Assembly: GCA_028282585.1 (NCBI GenBank)
Contig: JANQHR010000020.1
Coordinates: forward strand, 1-64,000
Reading direction: 5' to 3'
From: Bacteroidales bacterium
Lineage (GTDB): Bacteria > Bacteroidota > Bacteroidia > Bacteroidales > UBA12077
DNA: 64,000 nucleotides
The notes beneath the pieces were generated by a model that was given only the letters and a program-made list of their open reading frames with translations, ran no database searches and was not told the origin of the DNA. How positions within the stretch are numbered: position 1 is the stretch's first letter; each line of letters begins with the position of its first letter. Below, one piece after another: positions 31,281 through 40,897 of this stretch. A program made the position numbers and the translations under genes.

Positions 31281-31293
31281 GATATTTTATAAT

Positions 31294-31325
31294 AAAAAAA
31301 CCTCTCATTTTGGGAGGTTTTTTTG
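31294..31325 (+). terminator. rplS intrinsic terminator (possibly bidirectional)
   Basis: A-run, CCTCTCA-TTT-TGGGAGG hairpin, then T-run. Confidence 0.8.
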
Positions 31326-31408
31326 TGTATAATTTCAAATCCGATCCATACTTTCGGATTATTTTTCGAAAGAAAAGAGAAAAGACTTCCAGATGTACAT
31401 ATTTTTTA

Positions 31409-31416
31409 TATATTTG
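31409..31416 (+). promoter_or_regulatory. -7 promoter element of the tRNA
   Basis: TATATTTG ends 10 nt before the tRNA 5' end. Confidence 0.65.
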
Positions 31417-31426
31417 CACGGCTATT

Positions 31427-31499
31427 GAACCTGTAGCATAACGGATAGTGCACCTGACTACGGATCAGGAGGTTGGGGGTTCGAATCCCTCCAGGTTCG
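31427..31499 (+). tRNA. tRNA-Arg (ACG), CCA not encoded
   Basis: Acceptor stem GAACCTG/CAGGTTC, anticodon arm CCTGA-CTACGGA-TCAGG, T-arm GGGGG-TTCGAAT-CCCTC. Confidence 0.95.
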
Positions 31500-31501
31500 C
31501 A

Positions 31502-31759
31502 GAACGGAAGAAGCTTATCATTTTTGATAAGCTTTTTTTATACTTTTTTGGAGGGATGAGAACCGCCAAAGGGGTTCGAACTATTTCATGAGACTCGTTT
31601 ACGAGGCGAGTAATCCCTCCAGGTTCGCAGAACAGAAGAAGCTTATCATTTTTGATAAGCTTTTTTTATACTTTTTTTTGGAGGGATGAGAACCGCCAAA
31701 GGGGTTCGAACTATTTCATGAGACTCGTTTACAAGGCGAGTAATCCCTCCAGGTTCGCA
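31502..31759 (+). repeat. Two tandem tRNA-linked repeat units (128 and 130 bp), each ending in a copy of the tRNA 3' end
   Basis: AATCCCTCCAGGTTCGCA at 31484, 31612 and 31742. The units differ by 2 substitutions and T-tract length. Confidence 0.92.
31511..31539 (+). terminator. tRNA terminator, duplicated in the second repeat unit (~31639-31667)
   Basis: AAGCTTATCA-TTTT-TGATAAGCTT followed by T-run. Confidence 0.8.
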
Positions 31760-31853
31760 AAGAAACTTCTATGTTGTAAATTAAGGGAAGTCTAATTTTT
31801 ATTGTAAAGAGTTTCAATTTTTATTAACTTTATTGTACTCTTAAATTAACCCA

Positions 31854-32516
31854 ATGACTAACCTAAATAAATTATTCATGTATAAACAGAATATTGGGCC
31901 CGATTTTTTGAAACGCTTCTGTCTTTTAAATAACATCAGGTCAAAGTTTTTAACCGTATTCTTATTAATTTGCTCTTCATTATTTGTACTTTATGATTTC
32001 TTTATTATCCAAAAAACTTCAAGTACAGAACTATTCTTATTGCATTTTAAAGCTGATATTATTTTTTTAGTTCTTTCAATGACATTTACACTATTTATAT
32101 ACTTTAACCAAGTTAAAACACATCATAATCTTCAGAATTATCATAAATATATTCATGGAATTATATCGCTAAGTGTATTGATTTGGTCTGTATTTAAATC
32201 TATTTTATTTATAAAATATGGTAATGGATCCTATTCCTTAGCTTTTATCTCAATTCTTTTAACAAGCTTAATTTATCTTTTCCCAACACTCTTTCATTTT
32301 GTGCAATTATTCTTTGTATGCATATTTGCCATTATTATATCATTGACTATGAGCATTACAATCAATGATATAATCTATGATTTCAGTATTCTTGTGGTTT
32401 TTATTTTTCTTTCGATTTTAGTTTCCCGATATATATTTTATTTACAGTATAAAGTTCTTTTAAAAGAAAAAGAAATATTAAAATACAAAAGGAAAGTAAG
32501 TAATGGGATAAAATAA
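31854..32516 (+). CDS. Hypothetical multi-pass membrane protein
   Basis: About 6 hydrophobic segments and a short basic tail. Confidence 0.6.
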   Translation: MTNLNKLFMYKQNIGPDFLKRFCLLNNIRSKFLTVFLLICSSLFVLYDFFIIQKTSSTELFLLHFKADIIFLVLSMTFTLFIYFNQVKTHHNLQNYHKYIHGIISLSVLIWSVFKSILFIKYGNGSYSLAFISILLTSLIYLFPTLFHFVQLFFVCIFAIIISLTMSITINDIIYDFSILVVFIFLSILVSRYIFYLQYKVLLKEKEILKYKRKVSNGIK

Positions 32517-32517
32517 C

Positions 32518-32543
32518 AAACCAGACTATAAATAATCTGGTTT
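32518..32543. terminator. Hairpin between convergent genes
   Basis: AAACCAGA...TCTGGTTT. Confidence 0.5.
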
Positions 32544-32570
32544 ATTAATAAAAATATTATGTTTTAAAAT

Positions 32571-35500
32571 TTAAACTCTTACACCTAAAACTATTATATC
32601 ATCTACTTGTTCCCATTTACCACGCCAATCATCTATTGTTTTATCCAATATATCCCGTTGCTCTACCATTGGTTTTTGATGAATCTCTAGTAATAAGTTT
32701 TTAAAATTCTTGGTTTTAAATTTCTGCCCATCTTCTCCACCAAACTGATCCTGAAAACCATCCGAGAAGATATAAAATGTATCTCCTTTTCTCAGATCGA
32801 TCTCGTTGTTTGTAAAGGATTCTTTTTCTTTTATATATATACCTATTGGCATTCTATCCGCCTTAACCTCCGTTAGTTCATTATTCCGGTATAAATACAT
32901 TGGATTATAAGCTCCGGCATACTGCATTTTCATGTTTTCAAGATCAACAATACAAAGTGCTATATCCATACCATCTTTTGCTTCACCCTCTTTTCCCTCT
33001 TGTCCTAACGTTTTCTTTACATCCCTTCGAAGATCATTTAATATAACGCTCGCAGTCGTAATATCATGCCTGTTAACTATTTCGTTTAAGAAAGAAACTC
33101 CTAACATGCTCATAAACGCTCCAGGAACACCATGTCCTGTACAATCTGCAGCAATTAAAACTAATAAATTATCTTTTTTTGTCATCCAATAAAAATCTCC
33201 ACTTACAATATCCCTGGGTCTGAATAAAATAAAATGTTCCGGTAAGATCTCATTTGCATATTCATTTGAAGGAAGTACCGCGGTTTGAATTCTGCTTGCA
33301 TATTCTATACTATCCGTAATACTTCTATTTTTATCTGCTATCTCATCTCTTTGTTTTTCAATCTCATCTTTTTGCTTAACAACCTCTTCTGTTCTTTCTT
33401 TAACAATCTTTTCGAGTCTGATTTTCTCGAGCTCCAGTCTTCTTGTATAAATTTTAACAATTATAATTACAATAAATACGGCTAATACCAAATAAAAGAA
33501 ATATGCTACAATAGTCTTATACCAAGGTGGTTTTATTGAAAACTGATATTCAATAACTTCACTCTCAATTCCATAGATATTTCTAGCCTTTACTTTGAAC
33601 GTATAATTTCCCTCATCCAGGTTTGTATATCCCCTTTCAGTCTTAGTCTCCCAACTCGACCAATTATCATCAAATCCTTCTAATTTATAACTATATTTAA
33701 TTTCATCGCTTGGCATATAAGGAGTTGTGTAAAAAAACACAAAAGAATTATCCTTGTACTTAGCTACTGTTTTAAGTTCATCAGGTTGTTTTACATCAAC
33801 AATAAATTTCGTTGTGTCTTGATAATAAGTTCCATAGAAAACAACAGAATCAATTCCCATCTCAACTTTACGAATAAGGCTATTATAATATCTGGTAAAA
33901 TCTTCGCTTAGTTTTTCCTGATAATTATAAATTGCGTCAGATGTAGCAATCCAAACACCGTTCTTATTATCTGGCGTTACTTTATAAAATGATTTATTAA
34001 CTAATCGTTTAAACGGAATATCCGTAATTGTGATTATCCTATCTTGACTAATTGTTATTTTATCCAGGTACTCAACACCGGTATTTTGATCAACAGCTAT
34101 AATCCAGTACTCTTTATCAGAAACTTTTTCAATATATTTAACTTCATCATTACTATTAAAATATTTTTCACCAAACCCCTGGTACTTCTCAAATCTATCT
34201 TTATCTATACTATAATAATAAACTCCTTTTTTTGTACATACAACTATTTGATAACCAATAGCATAAGCTCTTATGTTTTTAGTATCGGGCAAGCCATGTT
34301 CTTCGTTAAACTTAGTAAGAACATGATCGGAATCTAACTTTATTATACCGTTTAGTGAAGTACCTAACCAAATATCACCATTTTTATCTTCTACAACTGT
34401 CAATATCTCAGCTTTAAAATCCTCTTTAACAGAACCATGGTCTATCCATTTTCCATTTTTATATTCAATCAAAACAAGTCCGCTTTTAGTTCCAATATAA
34501 ATATTATTAGGATTAGTTTTGGATTGATAAATAAAATCGATTTCATATTCCTCCTCCGAAATCTTATCAGGTTCCTTATCCTTACCTTTATATTCAAGTA
34601 AACCATATTGCGTACCTAAGAAAAGTCTAGTTTCGCCCGATATCTTATCAAGAAATACCTCTAAATAACTAACAGTTCCTTCAAATTGAACCTTTTTAAA
34701 TAAAGGTTGCTTATTGATATTGTAATCTAAATAGTATAAACCAATATTCGTAGCAACTAAAAGTGTTTCATTATAACGTATAACAGTTAATATGATTCCC
34801 TCAATACCGTACTCCTGCCCTAACCTTGTAAATGGAGTATTTAATTCAACAAAAGAAATTCCTTTATTAAGTCCTAACCATAAATGCCCATTGTAAGATT
34901 CATATAAATTAATTACGGTTAAATCTTGCAATCCATTTTCTTTATCCAACTTATAAATAAGTTCTCCTTCAGGAGTAAAAACTAAACAGCCATTATTTAA
35001 TGTTGCCAATGCATAATTTCCATTTGAAAGTTTTATTCCATTGTAAATTAGTGAATTGTTTAATTCTGATGTTAAATGCTTAAAATTCTCTCCCGGAAGA
35101 ACAAAATCCTTAACTAATCCTGTTGTTGAATTATAAATATAAAGCCCGTGGTGCATTGTCGATACTAAAATTTCCGATTCGGACCAAGGCAACATAACAA
35201 ATACGTCTTTTTCTTTAAAAAAATCTCCACCATTTGAAAGTATCACAGAATCTTTGGTTAATTCATACAATCCATCATCATAATGTCCCCAATATATTTT
35301 ACCATTTACATAAAAGCTTAAAAATGATCCTTCTTTATTCCTATATATTTTTGATAATGATTTTTCGGAGTACTTATATATTTTTTTATCACTACAGAAA
35401 TAAACATCTTTTTCATCTGTAAATATTTTCCAAACATCTTTAAATTCGGTAGAATCTAACTGATCAATTAAAGTTACATATTGCATCTCCCCTAACTTAT

Positions 35501-35819
35501 TTGGTGCCAGGTATCCAAATTCATCTACCCCTCCAACATATACAGTACCGTTCGAATACGCCAGGGATCTTACAATTGAACCATTTGCAATGGGTATTTT
35601 ATTCCATTTATTACCATCGAATTCAAGAACACCATCGTCATTATTCGCAACATATATAACCCCTCTTTGATCTTCGCAAACAGCCCAATTCTGTTCTGCG
35701 GCATCATAATCGTTAGGTGCGTAATTCTTTATAAAAGGAATTCCATTTTTGTTAACTTGTGCAAATAAGGAAATATTTAGTATTAAAGAGATGAAAAACA
35801 GGCTATACTTTCTTACCAT
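32571..35819 (-). CDS. Beta-propeller + Y_Y_Y sensor fused to a SpoIIE/PP2C phosphatase
   Basis: Propeller repeats, YSYKLEGFDDNW...YTNLDEGNYTFKVKA, TM, SIEYASRIQ, VSGDFYW, ADCTGHGVPGAFMS, DGMD, FSDG, DDI. Start set at ATG 35819. Confidence 0.9.
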   Translation of the reverse strand: MVRKYSLFFISLILNISLFAQVNKNGIPFIKNYAPNDYDAAEQNWAVCEDQRGVIYVANNDDGVLEFDGNKWNKIPIANGSIVRSLAYSNGTVYVGGVDEFGYLAPNKLGEMQYVTLIDQLDSTEFKDVWKIFTDEKDVYFCSDKKIYKYSEKSLSKIYRNKEGSFLSFYVNGKIYWGHYDDGLYELTKDSVILSNGGDFFKEKDVFVMLPWSESEILVSTMHHGLYIYNSTTGLVKDFVLPGENFKHLTSELNNSLIYNGIKLSNGNYALATLNNGCLVFTPEGELIYKLDKENGLQDLTVINLYESYNGHLWLGLNKGISFVELNTPFTRLGQEYGIEGIILTVIRYNETLLVATNIGLYYLDYNINKQPLFKKVQFEGTVSYLEVFLDKISGETRLFLGTQYGLLEYKGKDKEPDKISEEEYEIDFIYQSKTNPNNIYIGTKSGLVLIEYKNGKWIDHGSVKEDFKAEILTVVEDKNGDIWLGTSLNGIIKLDSDHVLTKFNEEHGLPDTKNIRAYAIGYQIVVCTKKGVYYYSIDKDRFEKYQGFGEKYFNSNDEVKYIEKVSDKEYWIIAVDQNTGVEYLDKITISQDRIITITDIPFKRLVNKSFYKVTPDNKNGVWIATSDAIYNYQEKLSEDFTRYYNSLIRKVEMGIDSVVFYGTYYQDTTKFIVDVKQPDELKTVAKYKDNSFVFFYTTPYMPSDEIKYSYKLEGFDDNWSSWETKTERGYTNLDEGNYTFKVKARNIYGIESEVIEYQFSIKPPWYKTIVAYFFYLVLAVFIVIIIVKIYTRRLELEKIRLEKIVKERTEEVVKQKDEIEKQRDEIADKNRSITDSIEYASRIQTAVLPSNEYANEILPEHFILFRPRDIVSGDFYWMTKKDNLLVLIAADCTGHGVPGAFMSMLGVSFLNEIVNRHDITTASVILNDLRRDVKKTLGQEGKEGEAKDGMDIALCIVDLENMKMQYAGAYNPMYLYRNNELTEVKADRMPIGIYIKEKESFTNNEIDLRKGDTFYIFSDGFQDQFGGEDGQKFKTKNFKNLLLEIHQKPMVEQRDILDKTIDDWRGKWEQVDDIIVLGVRV

Positions 35820-36163
35820 AGTAGATTTATTTCGATCGAAAAACAATATAAATATAAAAAACAAAAAGACAAAATACTAAAAAATAGTATGTTGTATTTT
35901 AAATTGAATTAAACTTTAAATTATTATTTTTGTTTAGATATCAATTTTCAATTAATCGTTCTAAATTTGTACAATTACGACACAAATATCTATTCCATTC
36001 AAAATTTACGTTCCACGTATGTTTTATTAAATCTGAATTTTCAGTTGATAATATTTCACCAGAAATTAAGTTTCAAGTATCGGATTATTAAAGTACTTTA
36101 GCTTTTACTTAAATTTTGTTCTTAGGTTTTACAGAACAATAAGTTTCTTCATATTTATAAAGT

Positions 36164-38203
36164 CTATAATGTCATTAACTGAAAATTAACACCATCGTAT
36201 ATTAACAAATGAATGCCTCCCGCATTGATCTCTCCGCCGGAAAGTTCTGAACCGGAAGGCAATATTATTGATTTTTCATCCAGATCGTTGATTTTAATAG
36301 TTGAAACTGTTGTATTCGTATTTGAAAATTTTATATAAAATGCCATTCCTTCAATATACATTGCAATACTACTGACTTCAGCCGTATAAGTATTGGTTCC
36401 GGATGCTGATCCATAGTTAATTGACCCATTTATTACTACTTTATCTTCCTTAAAATCGCCATAAATTAATGGGTTTGGCATACTACTATTTTCAATATAT
36501 AGCTTTTGAGAACCCGTTGCGTTAAAACCAGCGTTATAACCAATGTATACACTGCTATCACCCTCAACATTCATACCTGCCGCGACCCCAATATATATGT
36601 TACTGTTTCCATAGCTCCATCCTCCTGCATTGTAACCAACCGCAACATTTTCACTCCCGGTTGAATCTTTATTTACAGCAAGCGCACCAATTAACGTATT
36701 TTTATATCCTTTGGTAATTCCTAAACCTGTTTGATGACCCAGAAATGTATTTTGAGTTCCGGTGGTGACCTGTTGTCCTGAATAGGAACCGATTAAAGTA
36801 TTTTCAACGGCAGATTCAACAAATATACCGACACGTTTTCCAATAAAAATGTTTTCACTACCATCAACATTATGATATCCTGCCAGTTCTCCTATAAAAA
36901 TATTATCATTTCCACTTTTGTTTGCTCTTCCAGCCTTATTTCCAATAAATGTATTCATTATTCCGGTTGTATTATTGTAACCAGTTTCAAATCCAACGAA
37001 TACATTATCATCTCCATCAATATTAGAATATCCACTTTGACTTCCCAAAAATACATTATTAATACCTTCAGTATTTGTATATCCTGAACTACTTCCAATA
37101 AAAACATTATCGTAACCTAATGTATTATTAAAGCCTGATTGAGAACCAATATAAACATTAGACATACCATGTGTGTTATCTTTTGCAGTTTGATATCCAA
37201 TGAATATATTTCTTGATCCGGTTTCATTTTCCCTACCTGTTTGATATCCTAAAAACACATTGTAATTTCCAAAATCCGGACTATCCAATGTTTTCTGACC
37301 ACTTTCGTGCCCTATAAAATAATTTTCCGGAGTTATGTCAAGAAAATTATCAACGTTACCTTTTGATGGATTTCTACCACTAACAGCAAATCCACCAACT
37401 TTTCCTTTTGTAGCTTCTTGATTAACATATATTCTTGTACTATCGGCAGTTACAACTAAATATTCTTCTTCTATTGATTTGCTTGGGTTACGGCCACTTA
37501 CAGCAAAACCTCCAACTTTTGCTTTACTTTGAGGTTGATTTACGTAAATTCTTGTGCTATCAGCGGTTACAACCATGTATGTTTCTTCTGTTGATTTACT
37601 GGGATTACGACCGCTAACAGCAAACCCCCCAACCTTTGCTTTTGTAGTTTCATTTACATACACTACCGCACCATCGGGATATACGGCAAATACTACGTTG
37701 CCATTGCGATCTTTTACTGCAAATAGTGTATCTGTATCGGTTACATATATTATGTCATCTTCTAATCTTTTTGCAACGTTTGCTGTATCTGCTTTTATTG
37801 ATTTAGCAGCTTTATCAGAGTAAAGTGAATATGGCACTGATAACAATTGAATTATACCCATTTCCTTATAAGAGGTCCCGCCACTCTCATCTATCTCTAT
37901 TTTTAAAAAGTAATCATTACTACCCCAATCGATTAAACCGAAATCATTGGATTGGTTTGTTCCATTTCCTATTTCTAAATTACATTGTCCATAACTATTT
38001 GAAGTTACATTATGATTCTCATTATATACATCTGTACCGGTTTCGCTTCCTTCTAAAATAGTTATTCTGAAGTTAACATCCTGATTTGTTATTAACTCTC
38101 CATTGTTATTTCTTATTATAGATTGATAGTTAAAATAATCAGATTGAGCAAAAATGTTTAATGTTAGAATTATTAAAATTCCTAATAGTAATTTTTTTTT
38201 CAT
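36164..38203 (-). CDS. Secreted fibre/adhesin-like repeat protein
   Basis: Signal peptide, FNYQ...SVPYSLYS N-domain, three 39-aa KVGGFAVSGRNPSK repeats, many N.FIG..(S/A)G repeats, tail-fibre-like C-terminus. Confidence 0.7.
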   Translation of the reverse strand: MKKKLLLGILIILTLNIFAQSDYFNYQSIIRNNNGELITNQDVNFRITILEGSETGTDVYNENHNVTSNSYGQCNLEIGNGTNQSNDFGLIDWGSNDYFLKIEIDESGGTSYKEMGIIQLLSVPYSLYSDKAAKSIKADTANVAKRLEDDIIYVTDTDTLFAVKDRNGNVVFAVYPDGAVVYVNETTKAKVGGFAVSGRNPSKSTEETYMVVTADSTRIYVNQPQSKAKVGGFAVSGRNPSKSIEEEYLVVTADSTRIYVNQEATKGKVGGFAVSGRNPSKGNVDNFLDITPENYFIGHESGQKTLDSPDFGNYNVFLGYQTGRENETGSRNIFIGYQTAKDNTHGMSNVYIGSQSGFNNTLGYDNVFIGSSSGYTNTEGINNVFLGSQSGYSNIDGDDNVFVGFETGYNNTTGIMNTFIGNKAGRANKSGNDNIFIGELAGYHNVDGSENIFIGKRVGIFVESAVENTLIGSYSGQQVTTGTQNTFLGHQTGLGITKGYKNTLIGALAVNKDSTGSENVAVGYNAGGWSYGNSNIYIGVAAGMNVEGDSSVYIGYNAGFNATGSQKLYIENSSMPNPLIYGDFKEDKVVINGSINYGSASGTNTYTAEVSSIAMYIEGMAFYIKFSNTNTTVSTIKINDLDEKSIILPSGSELSGGEINAGGIHLLIYDGVNFQLMTL
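37320..37660 (-). repeat. Three intragenic ~117-nt (39-aa) repeats
   Basis: YVN....KAKVGGFAVSGRNPSK.....Y.VVTADSTRI occurs three times, the third diverging after the GRNPSK motif. Confidence 0.85.
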
Positions 38204-38306
38204 AGTAAGTTAGGTTTTAGTTGGGCATTTAATTTAGTAATAATATTCCAAAAAATAAATAAAAAAGGTTGCCTATTGACAAGCTTTATTCCTAGTAATA
38301 ATCTTA

Positions 38307-38595
38307 TTATCTTGATTTTAATATATCAACTTCTCTCTTTAGATCAAAAATCATTTCCTTTAACTCTTAACTCTCTTATTATGGCCTATTGTTCCTGAAC
38401 TGCTTTTGTTAGGACAAGAATTAATTTCATTTGGCTGATTTTCAATATATCTTTTTATTTATTATAGGATACCATACCTGGAAATACCTTATTTGTTTCT
38501 TGAGCAATAAAACCTAATTTATCGATTCCGGAACTATCTTTATATTCAAAATCTACAACCCTTAACTTTTCTATAATATTAAGACCATATACCAA
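38307..38595 (-). pseudogene. Remnant of a peptidase S74 (intramolecular chaperone) C-terminal domain
   Basis: Hand translation YGLNIIEKLRVVDFEYKDSSGIDKLGFIAQETNKVFPGMVSYNK*KDILKISQMKLILVLTKAVQEQ*AIIRELR, with two internal stops and a frameshifted coiled-coil tail LKREVDILKSR*. Confidence 0.75.
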
Positions 38596-38907
38596 TAAAA
38601 AACATCATAAATAATAAAATATTCCTTTTCAAGGTGGTAATTATTTGGTTAGCGAATTGTAATCAGTACTGAAATAGGTTATATATTCATAACTAAATAA
38701 ATTTAAGGATTATACAGGTCAAATTTCATGAGTTTTGATAAAAGCGGTTAAAGAGTTTAAGTGTGCGAATTTATTTACTTTTCGTTGATATTTAACCATT
38801 TGTGAATTTAATTACCTAATAACGTTTAAGCACAAATACAAAAAGGTTTCTATGTATAATTTCTGAAGAGAGTTTTATATGCTTAACTAAAAAATAGTAA
38901 ATACAAC

Positions 38908-40875
38908 TTAACTAATTAACGCCCAACCTTTAAATAGAAAGTCTTCGCGTAGCTTCTCTTTTGCTTCTATTTTATCATTACTTAAGAATACAAATACAGC
39001 TACTTCTGTTTTTTGTTCATATTTAATAGGTTCCTGAGGTTTTTTTGCTTTTATTAAAATGTGTGATCCACAATAATCCAGAATTTCTTTTTTATTTTCA
39101 AGTTCAAATAAATACCACTCTGAATTTCCGGAAACAGTTTCATGTCTAATTACTTTCCCCTTGTTTGGAAATAGCCGCATTAAATCCCTGTTCTTTGATA
39201 TTGCCTCTATATCAAAGTTGTCACCTATAGCATTTTTTGGATTATGATCCAATTTTAATGAAAATCTTGGTAATTTTATTTGTATTGGCTTCCACCTGCG
39301 ATGCTTAACACTTATAGTTCCAAGATTTGCAGATATAAAAATAATTAAATAACCACCTGAAATCAAAGAACTTCTCAAACTAATCCAACCATCTTCATGC
39401 CCAAAACGAAACGAAATTGCCAAATATTGAAACATTAAAATGAATGAAAGAGAATATATTAAATAATTTTGAAGCTTTCGTCGATTTAGATGTATCGTTT
39501 CATCGTAAAACTCTGAATTACTTAAAGCATTTGAAATTAAAGTATTAAAAAACGAAAAACAGAATATTAATATTATAATTGATATTAGCCCGAATTGACT
39601 AACTACCGGATTTATTAACCAAAAATTATATAAGCCATGTATAACTGCTGCTAAAAGAAAATACTTTGCAAAATCCGTAAGTAAACTTTTTCTTGCTTTA
39701 TATTTATCTAACATTAGCCCATAAGCAGCTAATGACGTAAGGAACATGTGAAAAACTACGGCCGTTAAAGCCCGCCCCATAATAATTTGAGGGCCATAGC
39801 TATTAAAATAAAGCAGGTTTTCTGCAAACGCAAAACCCAAAGCTGAAACCGACCCATAAACTAAATAATCAACCGGCTCATTAATTGCTTTAGAGTATTT
39901 CAAGATTAAAATCACCGGAAGGATCTTTACAAACTCCTCAATCACGCCAATTCCAATAATACAATAAAGTAAATCGTTCCATACTTTTCCGTTCAACGAA
40001 AATCCTGTAAACATCGAATTTAAATCGCTTAATAAGAAAGTTATTTTTGAGAATAATACACCAAGGAGAAAGATAAGTATAAGATGCTTCCATTTTTCTG
40101 GCTCATAAATATCAATTTTACGTAAATAGAATAACCAACTGATCATAACTAATAATGCTCCCAAAAACCCTATTAAACTTTGATTCTGATATATATGAGA
40201 AAAAACTGCTTCGAAATAGCCTAGTAAATTAAAATTTGACAGGAATAAATACCGTTTCAATTGAGATGGAAAATATACGCGTGCTTTCTTCTCTTTTAGT
40301 AATTCATATAAATCGTTAATCCTATTTTGTGTTGAATATAAATTAATAAGATTTGCATAAGCACCTTCCAGGTTTCCATTAGCTTCAATGGCTTTTTTGT
40401 AATATTCCTCGGCTTGATTAAAATTTTGTAAAGCGTAATAAATTCGTCCTGTTGAATTATTTAGATACTTTAATTCGGTGTTATTAACCTGGGTAAAATA
40501 GAGCAAAGCATTATTGTAATTCTGTTTCATAGATGAAATCAATCCTAATGAATAAAATCCAATATCATTCGCTTTTAAATCATCATAATCCGTATAGGCC
40601 CAGTAAATATCAATTAAATCTTTTTCGTTTATTATTCTTGAGCCTGGCGGGTATGCATAATAAGAAGTTATTAAACCGTAGTGGTTATCTATATTCATTG
40701 AATCTTTTGCAACAATCTCCAGGTATATTAAATCAAGGCGTTCATTTTGCTTTTCTTTTAAAATAAAATTTAAACGATCCTCTGGTGTTTCGAAAGTTGG
40801 TTTATGAACAAAACGGTTAACTAATAGAACAGCTATTATAAAACTGCCTATTACAATAATTAAAGATTTTCTCAT
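38908..40875 (-). CDS. PrsW family intramembrane protease with N-terminal TPR
   Basis: DIYEPE, GVIEEFVK, ALGFAFAENLLY, FHMF, IHGLYN. Confidence 0.85.
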   Translation of the reverse strand: MRKSLIIVIGSFIIAVLLVNRFVHKPTFETPEDRLNFILKEKQNERLDLIYLEIVAKDSMNIDNHYGLITSYYAYPPGSRIINEKDLIDIYWAYTDYDDLKANDIGFYSLGLISSMKQNYNNALLYFTQVNNTELKYLNNSTGRIYYALQNFNQAEEYYKKAIEANGNLEGAYANLINLYSTQNRINDLYELLKEKKARVYFPSQLKRYLFLSNFNLLGYFEAVFSHIYQNQSLIGFLGALLVMISWLFYLRKIDIYEPEKWKHLILIFLLGVLFSKITFLLSDLNSMFTGFSLNGKVWNDLLYCIIGIGVIEEFVKILPVILILKYSKAINEPVDYLVYGSVSALGFAFAENLLYFNSYGPQIIMGRALTAVVFHMFLTSLAAYGLMLDKYKARKSLLTDFAKYFLLAAVIHGLYNFWLINPVVSQFGLISIIILIFCFSFFNTLISNALSNSEFYDETIHLNRRKLQNYLIYSLSFILMFQYLAISFRFGHEDGWISLRSSLISGGYLIIFISANLGTISVKHRRWKPIQIKLPRFSLKLDHNPKNAIGDNFDIEAISKNRDLMRLFPNKGKVIRHETVSGNSEWYLFELENKKEILDYCGSHILIKAKKPQEPIKYEQKTEVAVFVFLSNDKIEAKEKLREDFLFKGWALIS

Positions 40876-40897
40876 TTTGATTTTTATACATTAAACT

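Noticed and set aside
31338-31360. AATCCGA...TCGGATT hairpin between rplS and the tRNA
   Set aside because: A 7-bp stem with no other support and no assignable function.
31484-31759. CRISPR array interpretation of the three 18-bp repeats
   Set aside because: The intervening sequences are near-identical and over 100 bp long, the repeat is the tRNA 3' end, and no cas genes are present.
35900-36160. Possible decayed gene on the minus strand (MKKLIVL* ... LISGEILSTENSDLIKHTWNVNF), faintly like a T9SS C-terminal domain
   Set aside because: Too degenerate to support by eye; needs tblastn or HMM evidence.
36164-38600. Diversity-generating retroelement target or template for the fibre protein
   Set aside because: No reverse transcriptase and no adenine-specific TR/VR repeat pair were seen. 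The internal repeats differ at mixed, often synonymous positions.
38650-38760. IVISTEIGYI fragment resembling a four-helix-bundle protein C-terminus
   Set aside because: Only about 10 residues match and stops surround it, so it could be chance.
31760-38900. Genomic island integrated at tRNA-Arg
   Set aside because: No integrase and no distal copy of the tRNA 3' end were seen beyond 31759.
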